Assembly: GCA_963697895.1 (NCBI GenBank)
Contig: OY969100.1
Coordinates: forward strand, 1,792,001-1,856,000
DNA from: an uncultured Methanomicrobiales archaeon
Lineage (GTDB): Archaea > Halobacteriota > Methanomicrobia > Methanomicrobiales > Methanospirillaceae
DNA: 64,000 nucleotides
Reading direction: 5' to 3'
Numbering within the stretch: the stretch's first letter is position 1; each line of letters opens with the position of its first letter. The notes beneath the pieces were generated by a model. That model was not told the origin of the DNA, did not search any database, and worked only from the letters and a program-made list of their open reading frames with translations. The translations under genes were made by a program, and so were the position numbers. Positions 45,401 to 54,529 of the stretch are shown in pieces.

Positions 45401-45673
45401 GTTCAGGAATACTATTTCATCTCTCTTGACGGGGGTTACCAGTGGACACTTGTCGGAGATACCCTTCTTAATGCAGAGGAAGCCAGGAATGAGGTAGTAG
45501 GTCATTTCATTTATGATATTCAGAATTTACTCCCTCATGGAGCTGATTTATCCGAAGTAACCGTTGATTTCAAACTAAAGGCATATGCAATTGATTCAGC
45601 ATCCCCGCGAGCACCGAGGGGACCACAGATTGTGAGATTGCCCACCAATGTTACCTATATTACCCTTGAATAA
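42419..45673 (+). CDS. Secreted vWA-domain adhesin with Ig-like (invasin/Big_1-like) domains
   Basis: Signal peptide; VANGSDSANIT; MIDAS DKSGS...T...MTDG; IYAISF, STGG. Confidence 0.85.
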   Translation: MVWGMTYVRTVILVILVFGCVIYSASALTPDDIRIFNSSKRWVVANGSDSANITLVMFNLSTGQPVNNSYVTFSVNDSLLGTVSSPSPIINGTSRTTFHTKIKSGTALITANISYYTNDSDPNSLKSMNLSLTQLIDHDIPAKIPSGGIILPPDGEERVGNYTPIGILIQDNHANPVDNRREVDEGREAEKVLFSVTGSPGAPNSTAYFMPGAVKNLTAEVNGTGWAMTTFRLDIRPGPNIIKIDPLTFVPDLKRTIFGVADGMPWFITSRISTSEGFERNYTLADGIQKFYILYKVEDEYHNGVQLKDILINTDIGENSIVTTNATGYIGIDYGPKSDMGDVYITARTAQNSSVWISDLVRFVNLTANDMIFTASPQSMASYDAKKSNATLQALVIDSEGNPIPTGERVKFTLSNIQGDIPNMTAQPSLRNETDSGKSVVWATTNDLGIATVYLKPCSFMDNESAQTFKVQATATCTVAAEWVNPNGTIIVRYIPFTFKNYPYLSVMTSVDQSKVNVSGTVNVTLTLKGDGFLLDPKPVDVMLVIDKSGSMESYQIYDEVTKKYISRMQAAKNSANNFTYLMNSTTDRIGLVAFDFESTSAPNQSLTNNFPGVRSKINALDPNGGATAMRSGIKRALDHMIANPNSDPRAIRAIIVMTDGNWNNGGSPLAVGKGYSFNSESYEERDLGVHDSYWNKGFTGWAKYFEEIDYRWYDGLGGNITGRFNNVPVVYEPAEYDAASGAFVGPIDIRNQSDVYYCTDGQFTNQNMSIYADNNGIKIYAISFAMNIPQEERDALTTLANSTGGFYRHAPTSQELTEIYAIIAGDLRKHAGVNTTSNVSFQNVVVKNVTVPGADTFDYQFINGISTFIERWKTGFSPTYQTTRNDTQNWTTHHSFNFNDIGTMDINDNWQVTFSLRVLREGDIHVFDPDSVITFDDGTKSLHIPDTVINAIANLRNESFDSGEFYEEGINVTQISSTRYEWTWNRTYTGEKPVQEYYFISLDGGYQWTLVGDTLLNAEEARNEVVGHFIYDIQNLLPHGADLSEVTVDFKLKAYAIDSASPRAPRGPQIVRLPTNVTYITLE

Positions 45674-45769
45674 ACAAAATCTCAATTTTATAAGATTTAA
45701 AGTCAGATTTTTCCGTAAATTATAAGGAATTTAAAAAATGTTCTTTGTCGAGTTATATAAAAAAACCGC

Positions 45770-46354
45770 TCACCAGAATATTTCTTCTCCCGTTGTTGCA
45801 TTAAATGTATATTCGAATATCTTTCCCGGATGATTTCCTCTAAGATAATACACACCATTTCGTAATTCCAGTTCATCAATAGAAGATATCCCATTATTCG
45901 TCAGATCCAAAATCAGCGGTTTATGGTTAATGAATAAATCTTCAGGATGAAGAATTGTTTTCAGATCTATTGCAGTATCCTTACTACTCTCTTCCCATAT
46001 CATGGTGTAAAACCGCCCCTGAGTGCAGATAAAATAAAATGGATCTGTCGAATTTACCGACAATACCCAAATTTGGGCGCGCCCGTTACTATCCAGGTCT
46101 CTCCCGATAATGTTATGGATGGTATAGCCAGGTGCGTCTCCCATCCCCAATCCTATATCATCATCATTGAGTATGTCAATAGCCGAATCTAACGTTAATC
46201 TTTCAGCGCTTAATTTATCTATTGAAACAGGGGTGCCTGAATCATCGGGGATAGATGAGTTCTTGGAATTGCATCCTGTGGAAAAAATAAAAATGAGCAA
46301 TAATGATACAATAGCCAACTTGAAGAAGTTTTTAGGGAGAGATCCTGTCATCAT
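45770..46354 (-). CDS. Hypothetical lipoprotein
   Basis: FSTGC lipobox; 194 aa. Confidence 0.65.
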   Translation of the reverse strand: MMTGSLPKNFFKLAIVSLLLIFIFSTGCNSKNSSIPDDSGTPVSIDKLSAERLTLDSAIDILNDDDIGLGMGDAPGYTIHNIIGRDLDSNGRAQIWVLSVNSTDPFYFICTQGRFYTMIWEESSKDTAIDLKTILHPEDLFINHKPLILDLTNNGISSIDELELRNGVYYLRGNHPGKIFEYTFNATTGEEIFW

Positions 46355-46466
46355 TACTGGAATTAGAATATATGATTGATAAACATAACGGAAAAATGAG
46401 ATGAACGAGAATTAAATCAAGAATCAAATGGATGCTCTTTCTTGATAGCATAATTCATATTTTAAA

Positions 46467-46913
46467 ATGAAACCCGTGACCCCTGCCATCGCTCGCGAGC
46501 TCGCGAAGGAAGAGTTCACCCTCGCAGAAAAAGTATGGGAAGAGTACCGGCAGCAGAAAGCGGATCCTGTTGCGGACCGGATCTTCGGGGTGTTTGTCGG
46601 GGGAAAATGTGTCGGGGTGGCCCGGTGCAAGCGGCATGCAGACGGGCTCGAGGTCGACGGCGTCTTCGTCCTCGAAGAGTACCGGGGGAGACACCTCGCG
46701 GACCTGGTCGTCGGGGAGCTCGTGAAGGGGTGCGGGAACGATGTTCTCTTCATGCACTCGACGCTCGCACTCGTCAATTTTTATAAAAAATTCGGGTGGC
46801 GGCCGATCCCTGAGACCGAGCTCCCGCCCACAATCAAGGAGCGGCTGATCTTCTGCCTCGGGGAGATGGAGGGGTGCAACGCGGTCCCGATGCGGCGCGA
46901 GCCGACGCGGTGA
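46467..46913 (+). CDS. GNAT acetyltransferase
   Basis: VFVLEEYRGRHLA, FYKKFGW. Confidence 0.88.
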   Translation: MKPVTPAIARELAKEEFTLAEKVWEEYRQQKADPVADRIFGVFVGGKCVGVARCKRHADGLEVDGVFVLEEYRGRHLADLVVGELVKGCGNDVLFMHSTLALVNFYKKFGWRPIPETELPPTIKERLIFCLGEMEGCNAVPMRREPTR

Positions 46914-47120
46914 AGCAGGGGGAAAGTCAGACACCACTGCGGGAGATATACCCGTGTGATGTGCAGCGGCGAATGACTCATGCATGAATTGGTAAAGGAG
47001 GTCTACCTTTTCCCTGGGCTCCGTACCGGGCCTTCCTCGAGGAAGGCCGTATCGCCACGAAACAGATTGCCTGTTAGGATAAGGAAAATGTGTATAATCT
47101 CATGATGCCAATTTACTCGT

Positions 47121-47345
47121 ATGAAATATACGGTTGTCCTCGAACCACAGGAAGAGGGTGGGTATACCGCCCAGTGTGTGGAGTTACCCGGGGCCATCAG
47201 CCAGGGCGAGACGAAAGAAGAGGCACTCAATAACATCAAAGAGGCAATCGAACTTATTTTAGAAGTCCAGCGCGAAGAGCTCCATAAGAAGACTCATACA
47301 TTCCGATCGGAAATAATCAAAGTTGACGTGGCGGATGTCTCGTAA
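47121..47345 (+). CDS. hicB: HicB family antitoxin
   Basis: EEGGY..ELPGAISQGETKEEALNNIKEAI. Confidence 0.92.
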   Translation: MKYTVVLEPQEEGGYTAQCVELPGAISQGETKEEALNNIKEAIELILEVQREELHKKTHTFRSEIIKVDVADVS

Positions 47346-47556
47346 ACTTCCGGTAGTCTCCGGGGAGAAACTGGTTAAGCTTCTTACGAGAGAGGGCTTT
47401 GAAATCCGGCGGCAGAGTTCAAGCCATATCGTCCTGCAGAAAGGGTGGCGTGTATTTTCAGTGCCCCTTCACAAGGAGTTAAAGAAAGGCACTCTTATCG
47501 CAATCCTGAAGCAGGCAGATATTACGGTCGAAGAATTTAAACAATGGTTCGCCTGA
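47335..47556 (+). CDS. hicA: HicA family toxin
   Basis: LPVVSG..GF..RQSSSH..VPLHKELKKGTL..ILKQA. Confidence 0.92.
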   Translation: MSRKLPVVSGEKLVKLLTREGFEIRRQSSSHIVLQKGWRVFSVPLHKELKKGTLIAILKQADITVEEFKQWFA

Positions 47557-47700
47557 TTCTGTGGAGCGATCAAGCAGATGAAAGGTTCAGATCAATCATA
47601 ACAAAAAAATCTTATATCCCCGGATCATTTTTCAGCCCGGGGAGATAAAATCCCAAAACATATCTCCCCAAATATTGCCTGTTTTCTGGGAAAATCCCCT

Positions 47701-48208
47701 GTTTTACGTTGAATACCCCCCCCTCAATAGCCGGTAGAACGATGCCTCTCCGACGTTTTATGCGACCCCTGACACTCTGGCTCTGTATTCCCCGCTATTA
47801 AGCATCTCTTTTCTTGAGTATCCTGCTGTTATTTCTTATTCAAGGGCGAATGAGGAGGATTTCAGATGACGGTGTTCACGGACCTGCTTTTTAGCGGCAG
47901 GGTTCTAAGGTCCAGGATGAAATTTACCTGAAAGAAGGTTTTTGGGGGCTCCATTCTTCTCATTTCAGGTTAGGATCGGAATAATAGAGGACGAGATTCC
48001 AAAGTAATTATTGAAGAGATCATTTTCCCTTCATCGTCGATTAACATTCAGGGGTAAATTAGGCCTCGAAATGGAGATTAATCCTCAGAATATCCAGCGT
48101 TTTACGGTGCGTACAATGTTAAATGTCCGGTCGAACAGTCCGTGCCACGACGTAATATGCGACCCAAAATTTCGCGCTTTGTATTCTCTGCTATTAAGCA
48201 CCTTTTTC
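47701..48208. repeat. Two diverged ~110-bp direct repeats about 397 bp apart
   Basis: 47701-47813 vs 48099-48208 share gttttacg, ccggt.gaac, cgacgt..tatgcgaccc, tgtattc.c.gctattaagca. Confidence 0.75.
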
Positions 48209-48568
48209 ATGCCTTTTTATGACATCATTCCTGGTTCAGGGGCCTATATAAGGAGATATTGTTGTCGGTATTCACCGGGAGACCGGTGAGCCAGAGATAC
48301 AACCCGAAATCCGGGAAAATACGCCCGAAATGAGGTTTTCCGGATGCCATTCTCCCGATCCCGGGTTATGTTTTTGATGAGTATTTCCGGAATAAAGTCC
48401 TCCGGAAAGTATCCTTACCGCAACAGGGAATGGTTATCCGTTAAAATTCTGCAAGTGAAGTGGGGAAGTCCGAATGACAGATAGGTGACCTGCATGACCT
48501 GCCTCGAACTATTATTCAATCCATCCATACCCGCATGTATAATATTCTCATGGCAGCAATTCAGGAAT

Positions 48569-48874
48569 ATGAGTCCAGCACCCTCTACATTCATCTCTCT
48601 GTTACGCCCCGGGCGCTCTGATTTTATCGCGACCATGACCCCGGAAGAGAGGGCGATAATGGATCGGCACCTCTTATATATCGATGAGCTCGCCGGAAAA
48701 GGAAAGGTCATTCTTGCCGGTGCAGCCACGGATGGGTCGGTTGGCCTCCTCGTCTTCCAGGCGGATTCGGCCGAGGAAGCACAGCAGATCCTTGATGACG
48801 ACCCGGTCGCGAATTCAGGGATCGGCCAGCTCGAGCTCCACCCGTTCTGGGTCGGGGTACACGCGAGCCGTTGA
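48569..48874 (+). CDS. YciI family protein
   Basis: H..YI..L..KGKVILAG, AEEA...DDDP. Confidence 0.82.
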   Translation: MSPAPSTFISLLRPGRSDFIATMTPEERAIMDRHLLYIDELAGKGKVILAGAATDGSVGLLVFQADSAEEAQQILDDDPVANSGIGQLELHPFWVGVHASR

Positions 48875-49282
48875 TGCACTTGGAAATAATTTTAGAGACT
48901 GCGTAGGGATCTTTAAAAAAAAAATTCTGAAATGTATAGCTTCATTGACGGGATGTTCTTAAAAGAAAATATTTTAGATGCACCATTGTTCGACTGTTCT
49001 GAATAACGAAAACTTACTAAAAATATTTTAGGAATTCTCAATGACCGGATGAGATAGGATATTCACTCAATAATTATTTCCCGAAATAATACTCTTCGGT
49101 CGCTGAAGGTCTTCCCCCCGCAAATATTTCATAATAACCAAACCTTCCATAATCTGAAACAAAAGAGGAACTCCGGATACTGATATAACGATGATACCGG
49201 AACGATCCTGAAGCCTCGAAAACAACTCCCCCAAAAAATTTTCGATTACCTTCTCCCCGCGAGAAATCCTGATAGAACGGTA

Positions 49283-49810
49283 TCACGGCGCAACCAAATC
49301 CAGCGACAGCATCATCTCGGGGGAGACCGGGCCCTGCGACCGGAGGAGCCGCATCGTCTGGCGGAGCTTTGCCCGGAGGCGCTGGTTCTCGGACTCGAGC
49401 CGCCTGACCCGGCTGTAGAGGGGCTCCTTCCCACCCGCACCGCAGAGGCTCGCGATGTACCGCCGGAGGAGCCGGTCGGCCGGGTTCTGCTGGCGCGGGA
49501 TCCATTGGATATCGATCCTTAATTCCTTCTCGAGGATCAGGTGCTGGATCTCGGCACCCTTCCGGATGAATGAAGGGTTCCGGGTCTGGTTCCCGGTCGT
49601 CAGGTGCCAGACGACCGCCTGGCTGTCCGTCTTCACGCGGGCGGAGGCATGGTGCGGCAGGTTCTCCAGGGCGAGGATCACCGCGTTGAACTCCGCGTCG
49701 TTGTTCGACGCCCCCTTCTCGTACATGAAGTAGACCTCGTCGTCCGGGAAGAGGGCGACGCTGTGCCCGTCCCCGCTCCCGTCGACCGTGATGTCGATCC
49801 GGTCCGGCAT
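49283..49810 (-). CDS. Ribonuclease HI-like protein with C-terminal coiled coil
   Basis: VDGS, SNNDAEF, TDSQ, WIPRQQNPAD. Confidence 0.8.
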   Translation of the reverse strand: MPDRIDITVDGSGDGHSVALFPDDEVYFMYEKGASNNDAEFNAVILALENLPHHASARVKTDSQAVVWHLTTGNQTRNPSFIRKGAEIQHLILEKELRIDIQWIPRQQNPADRLLRRYIASLCGAGGKEPLYSRVRRLESENQRLRAKLRQTMRLLRSQGPVSPEMMLSLDLVAP

Positions 49811-50063
49811 CGCCGGTCCGGGGTGCCTCTCCGGGGAGAAAAGGGCCGAAACCGGGAGCGTTCCATCGCCGTAGGCAAAGAAGAGAGCGCGAGGGGGGAG
49901 GGAGAGGGTATGGATAAAATCGCAATCACGGGACTCGGTTTCGCGATGCAACCGGGTTACTCTCCTCGATCGTTAGAAGGAGATGTACGTACAAATATTT
50001 AATTATTGTGTTTGGATCGCCAAAGTCCGCCCGGCGATGGCCGGTTTTTATGATCCGGAAGCC

Positions 50064-50936
50064 CTACCGGACGATCTTCGCGATCGGGATCTCGAGGATG
50101 TCCTCTGCCCCTGCATCCTTCAGCCGCGGGATGAGCTTGTTCACCATATCCTTGTGCACCACCGTCTCGATGCTGTAATAGTCGATCCCGTGGAGACGGC
50201 TCACCGTCGGTTTCTTGAGGGCCGGGAGTGCCGCGACCACCTGCTCCATCGACCCGGCCGGCACGTTCATCGAGAGGAGCACCTGGTTCCGGGCATCGAG
50301 GACCCCGTACAGGAGGGTGACGATCTCCTCGATCTCCTTTTTCTTCACCGGGTCCTCGAAGCTCGCCTTGTGTGCGATCGCCACCGTGTAGGACTCCATG
50401 ATCTCCCCGATGATCTTCAGGCCGTTCCGCCGGAGCGTCGTTCCCGTCTCGGTCAGGTCCACGACGACATCCATCAGGTCGGGCACCTTCGCCTCCGACG
50501 CCCCGTAGCTCGGGAAGAGCCGGATCGGGATGCCGAGCTTCCCGAAGTACTGTTTCGTCATCACCGGGTACTCGGTGGTGACCCGGCTCTCCGGCCGGAT
50601 CTGCCGGACGTCGTCGATCGGTTCCGAGGCGTGCACGGCAACGACGATCCGGACGTTCCCCTGCCCCGTCTTGCTGTAGGAGAGGTTCGCGACCTCCTTG
50701 ACCGATGCACCGGTCTCCCGCACCCAGTCGAGGCCGGTGATCCCGAGGTCGAAGTACCCCATCTCCACGTAGGTCGGGATCTCCTGCGGACGGAGGATCT
50801 TCATCTTCCCGATCCGGTCGTCGTCGATACGGGGACTGTAATCCCGGTCGGTCCGTTTCACCTCGAGGTCGGCCTCCCTGAAGAGCTGGAGGGTCTGGGC
50901 CTCAAGGCTTCCCTTGGGCAGTGCGATGCTGATCAT
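50064..50936 (-). CDS. hisG: ATP phosphoribosyltransferase (long form)
   Basis: IALPKGSL, DLGITGLD, TEYP, GASE, VDLTETGTTL. Confidence 0.95.
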   Translation of the reverse strand: MISIALPKGSLEAQTLQLFREADLEVKRTDRDYSPRIDDDRIGKMKILRPQEIPTYVEMGYFDLGITGLDWVRETGASVKEVANLSYSKTGQGNVRIVVAVHASEPIDDVRQIRPESRVTTEYPVMTKQYFGKLGIPIRLFPSYGASEAKVPDLMDVVVDLTETGTTLRRNGLKIIGEIMESYTVAIAHKASFEDPVKKKEIEEIVTLLYGVLDARNQVLLSMNVPAGSMEQVVAALPALKKPTVSRLHGIDYYSIETVVHKDMVNKLIPRLKDAGAEDILEIPIAKIVR

Positions 50937-50977
50937 ACCAGAGAAGAAGGATTTCGGGAATGATAAATAGGTGACGG

Positions 50978-52237
50978 TCAGTCGAGCGTGTGCACCACGA
51001 GCCCGGAGAGCAGTTTCGGCTCGAACCAGGTCGATTTCGGGGGCATGACCCCGCCCGCGTCCGCGACGGCGAGCACCACGTCCACCCGGACCGGCTGCAT
51101 CGAGAACGCGACCGAGAATTTCCCCCGGTCGACGAGCTCCTCCAGGTCGGCGAGCGGGCGGGCACCGCCGAGATACTGGAGCCGCCGGTCGCCCCGGGGG
51201 TCGGTGATCCCGAGGATCCCGGTCAGGACCTGTTCCTGGAGGACCGAGACGTCCAGGCATTCGATCGGAGAGCGGGCGGGATCGACCGGGGCGGAACATT
51301 CGTACCACTCGCCGGAGAGGTACATGTGAATGACATGGTACCGGGATGCCGGGCTGATCCGCGGCGGGATATGGTACGCCCCCGTATCCACCGGACCACA
51401 GGGGCTCACCCGGAAGACGGTCGCCATCCGTTCCCGGAACGCACCGGGGGTGTACGGGCCGAGGTCGGTGACGAGCCGGCTGTACCCGTGGATCCTGACC
51501 TCGTCATGGGAGAAGAGCACCCCCATGAAATGGCCCGACTCCTCCGTGTAGCGCCCTTCGGCCTGCCGCCTTTCCGCGACATTGACCGCGGATTTTGCCC
51601 GGTGATGCCCGTCCGCGATGTATACCCGGGGAATATCCGAAAAAAGCCGCGTTAACCGGTCGAGGTCTCCGGGTTCGCGGATGACGAAGATCTCATGCGT
51701 CGCCCCCGATGCATCGCATACCCGGGTCGCGGGCGCCCTGCCCGTGAGGCAGGCATCGACCGAGGCACGTACCCCGCCGGTCTCCCGGTAGAAGAGCACG
51801 ACCGGCCCCGTCTGCGCATTCACCGTATCGATGTGGGCGGTCCGGTCGACCTCCTTATCGTACCGCGTCTGCTCATGCCGCCGTATCCGGTTCTCCCGGT
51901 AATCGTCGACGGAGAGGCAGCAGCAGAGGCCGGTGTAGACCGCCGTCCCCCAGGTGACCCGGTAGATGTACATCGAAGGCGAAGCGTCCCGTTTCATCAT
52001 GCCGCTCGCGATCATCTCATCGAAGGTCTCGCGTGCCTTCCGGTATACCGCGGGGTCGTGGGGAGGGAGATCCGGGAGCTCCGCATCGGCGCGGCTCACC
52101 CGGAGAAAGTTCATCCGGTTCTCCCTGATGCACTCGCGTGCCTCGTCCATGCTCACGACATCGTACGGTACAGCGGCGATATCCTGTGCCCGGCCGGGAT
52201 CGGGCCGCACACCGGCAAACGGGAAGATCTCTACCAT
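50978..52237 (-). CDS. DUF1015 family protein
   Basis: PYDV, RHEQT, YIADGHHR, MPPKSTWFEPKLLSGL. Confidence 0.9.
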   Translation of the reverse strand: MVEIFPFAGVRPDPGRAQDIAAVPYDVVSMDEARECIRENRMNFLRVSRADAELPDLPPHDPAVYRKARETFDEMIASGMMKRDASPSMYIYRVTWGTAVYTGLCCCLSVDDYRENRIRRHEQTRYDKEVDRTAHIDTVNAQTGPVVLFYRETGGVRASVDACLTGRAPATRVCDASGATHEIFVIREPGDLDRLTRLFSDIPRVYIADGHHRAKSAVNVAERRQAEGRYTEESGHFMGVLFSHDEVRIHGYSRLVTDLGPYTPGAFRERMATVFRVSPCGPVDTGAYHIPPRISPASRYHVIHMYLSGEWYECSAPVDPARSPIECLDVSVLQEQVLTGILGITDPRGDRRLQYLGGARPLADLEELVDRGKFSVAFSMQPVRVDVVLAVADAGGVMPPKSTWFEPKLLSGLVVHTLD

Positions 52238-52290
52238 GGGACCGGGCCACACTCTTAATATTCATTTTCTTGCCGGACTATATTATAGCA

Positions 52291-52785
52291 ATGACCAGTG
52301 AGCCGGAACGGCAGTTTACAACCGGAAACGGGATCAGGATCCGGAGGGCAGGTCCCGGGGACATCCCCGGGATGACCGCCATCGAACAGGAATCATTTCC
52401 GGATCCCTGGGATGCGGCGATCCTCGCGGAGACGATCACCTATTTCAAAAACACCGTCTTTGTCGCGACGAAAGGAACCGCCGTCATCGGGTTCATTGCC
52501 GGGGGGCTCGAGGACACGGGGGAGGAGATCTACGGGCACATCTGTAACCTCGCGGTCACCCGGGAGTTCCGGAGATCCGGGATCGGGCGGATGCTCGTCG
52601 CACGGGAGGAGCACCAGTTCGCATCCGAACTCGCGTCCGCCGTCCAGCTCGAGGTTCGCCGGTCCAACCGGGTTGCACAGGAGTTCTACCGGCGGCTCGG
52701 GTACCGCGAGGTCTTCCAGATCGCCGGGTACTATCTCAACAACGGGGAGGACGCGATCGTCATGATGAAGTGGTTCCGGTTCTGA
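52291..52785 (+). CDS. rimI: RimI-like N-acetyltransferase
   Basis: IEQESFPDPW, LEVRRSN, YY..GEDA. Confidence 0.88.
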   Translation: MTSEPERQFTTGNGIRIRRAGPGDIPGMTAIEQESFPDPWDAAILAETITYFKNTVFVATKGTAVIGFIAGGLEDTGEEIYGHICNLAVTREFRRSGIGRMLVAREEHQFASELASAVQLEVRRSNRVAQEFYRRLGYREVFQIAGYYLNNGEDAIVMMKWFRF

Positions 52786-52819
52786 AAAAGATCTGATTCT
52801 CTTCATTACCTGAAACAAG

Positions 52820-53160
52820 GGCCATCATCTCTTCCCCGTGATTCTCTTCATTCCCCACATGCAGCCGGAGCATGAATGGCCATCATCTCTTCCCATGATT
52901 CTCTTTATTCCCCACATGCAGCCGGAGCATGAATGGCCATCATCTCTTCCCATGATTCTCTTTATTCCCCACATGCAGCCGGAGCATGAATGGCCATCAT
53001 CTCTCCTCCCCGTGATTCTCTTCATTCCCCACATGCAGCCGGAGCATGAATGGCCATCATCTCTTCCCCGTGATTCTCTTCATTCCCCACATGCAGCCGG
53101 AGCATGAATGGCCATCATCTCTTCGCCTGATCCCCTTCATTCCCCGCAACCGGAGCATAA
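52820..53160. repeat. 57-60 bp tandem repeat, ~6 units, between convergent genes
   Basis: gccatcatctct at 52821, 52879, 52936, 52993, 53053, 53111. Confidence 0.95.
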
Positions 53161-53193
53161 AGGAACCATTTATAAAAAAGGATTAGCGGAGGA

Positions 53194-54423
53194 TCATTTC
53201 CCCCGTCCGAGAGCCTGGTGCGCACGGGCGAGGTGCTGGGCGGCAAGCGCCCCGAGGAGGGAGAGTTCCCCTGCGAGGACGGCGCACGCGACGATCTCCG
53301 CGAATTTTCGCGCATGGGACCCCGGTGGTGTTCCTCCGCCGGCCACGCCGAGGAGGGAGAGGCATTCCCGCTGGGTATCCAGGCCGGTGCCCCCGCCGAC
53401 CGTGCCGAGCGGGAGCGACGGGAGGGTGACCGCGACGTACACCCCCGATGCAGTCGTGTCCACGGTCGTGATGCAGCTGCTTCCCTCCACCACGTGTGCC
53501 GGGTCCTGGCCGCACGCGATGAAGATCGCGGCAACGACGTTGGCCGCCTGCGCATTGAAACCCAGGGATCCCGCACGCGCCGAACCGACCAGGTTCTTCC
53601 GCATGTTCACCTCGGCGATGGTTGCCGCATCGGATTTGAAGACCTCCCGGACGAGCTCGCCGGAGAGCGCGACCCCGGCGACGACACTCCGTCCCCTCCC
53701 CCGGACCAGGTTGATCGCCGCGGGTTTTTTGTCGGTGCACATGTTGCCCGAGAGGGCGACGAGCCGGGCACCGGTCGCTTCGCTGATCAGGTCCGCGATC
53801 CGCGCACTCGCGATCGTGACCATGTTCATCCCCATCGCATCCTTCGTATCGAACTCGAAGCGCACGAAGACGTTCGTACCGGTCACGATCGGTACCGCGT
53901 CGATCAGGCGGCCATGGGAGGTCGTGGCCGCCGCCGCTTCGCAGATCCGGTCCCGGTGCGCATCGACCCAGTCGGCGATCTCCTTAGCGTGAACGACATC
54001 CCGGGCCGCGAAGACCGGTGCCCGGGTCATGCCGTCACGGAGGATACGCGCCTCCGCACCCCCGGCCCGGGTGATCGCCCCGCACCCCCGGTTCACCGAT
54101 GCGACCAGCGCACCCTCGGTCGTGGCAAGGGGGACGTAGTACTCCCCGTCCGCGTATTCGCCCCGGACCCGGAGCGGACCGGCGACCCCGACCGGCACCT
54201 GCACCGCCCCGATCATGTTCTCGCAGTTCTTCCTGACCACCTGGTCGATGCCGATGGTGTATGAGCCGAGCTGGGGCAGGGCCGTTCCCGTCTCCCGCTC
54301 GATAAAAGTCCGCCGCACGAGGACCGCCTCGTCGGGAGGAAGGGACTGCTCGAGCGCGTAGAGCCGGAGTGCCCCGGACTTCAGCCGGTGAATATAGGTC
54401 TCCCTGTCTGGATCATCGTTCAT
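53194..54423 (-). CDS. hmgA: HMG-CoA reductase (class I, NADPH)
   Basis: CENMIG, ATTEGALVAS, DAMGMNM, GNMCTDKK, GTVGGGT. Confidence 0.96.
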   Translation of the reverse strand: MNDDPDRETYIHRLKSGALRLYALEQSLPPDEAVLVRRTFIERETGTALPQLGSYTIGIDQVVRKNCENMIGAVQVPVGVAGPLRVRGEYADGEYYVPLATTEGALVASVNRGCGAITRAGGAEARILRDGMTRAPVFAARDVVHAKEIADWVDAHRDRICEAAAATTSHGRLIDAVPIVTGTNVFVRFEFDTKDAMGMNMVTIASARIADLISEATGARLVALSGNMCTDKKPAAINLVRGRGRSVVAGVALSGELVREVFKSDAATIAEVNMRKNLVGSARAGSLGFNAQAANVVAAIFIACGQDPAHVVEGSSCITTVDTTASGVYVAVTLPSLPLGTVGGGTGLDTQRECLSLLGVAGGGTPPGSHARKFAEIVACAVLAGELSLLGALAAQHLARAHQALGRGK

Positions 54424-54529
54424 GGTTCCCGATCAGGTACTGGTTCCGGGGTCATTTTATGGTATTGACCGGTCTCTCCGGAACCGAAGAGTTTTAGCCC
54501 CTGCCCGGCGCTATGGAGCTGAAGATCTG

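Noticed and set aside
47560-48480. Replication origin
   Set aside because: No recognisable ORB motif and no adjacent orc1/cdc6
49283-49810. Reverse transcriptase, retron or DGR component
   Set aside because: Only RNase H-type motifs; no RT domain or template/variable repeat pair seen
50937-51308. N-terminal extension of HisG (414-aa ORF)
   Set aside because: Overlaps DUF1015 in another frame; homology-like sequence starts at MISIALPKG (50936)
52825-53107. Repeat-encoded peptides (MILFIPHMQPEHEW... and antisense)
   Set aside because: By-product of the tandem repeat; unit lengths not consistently multiples of three
52820-53160. CRISPR array
   Set aside because: Units repeat in full with no unique spacers; no cas genes in window
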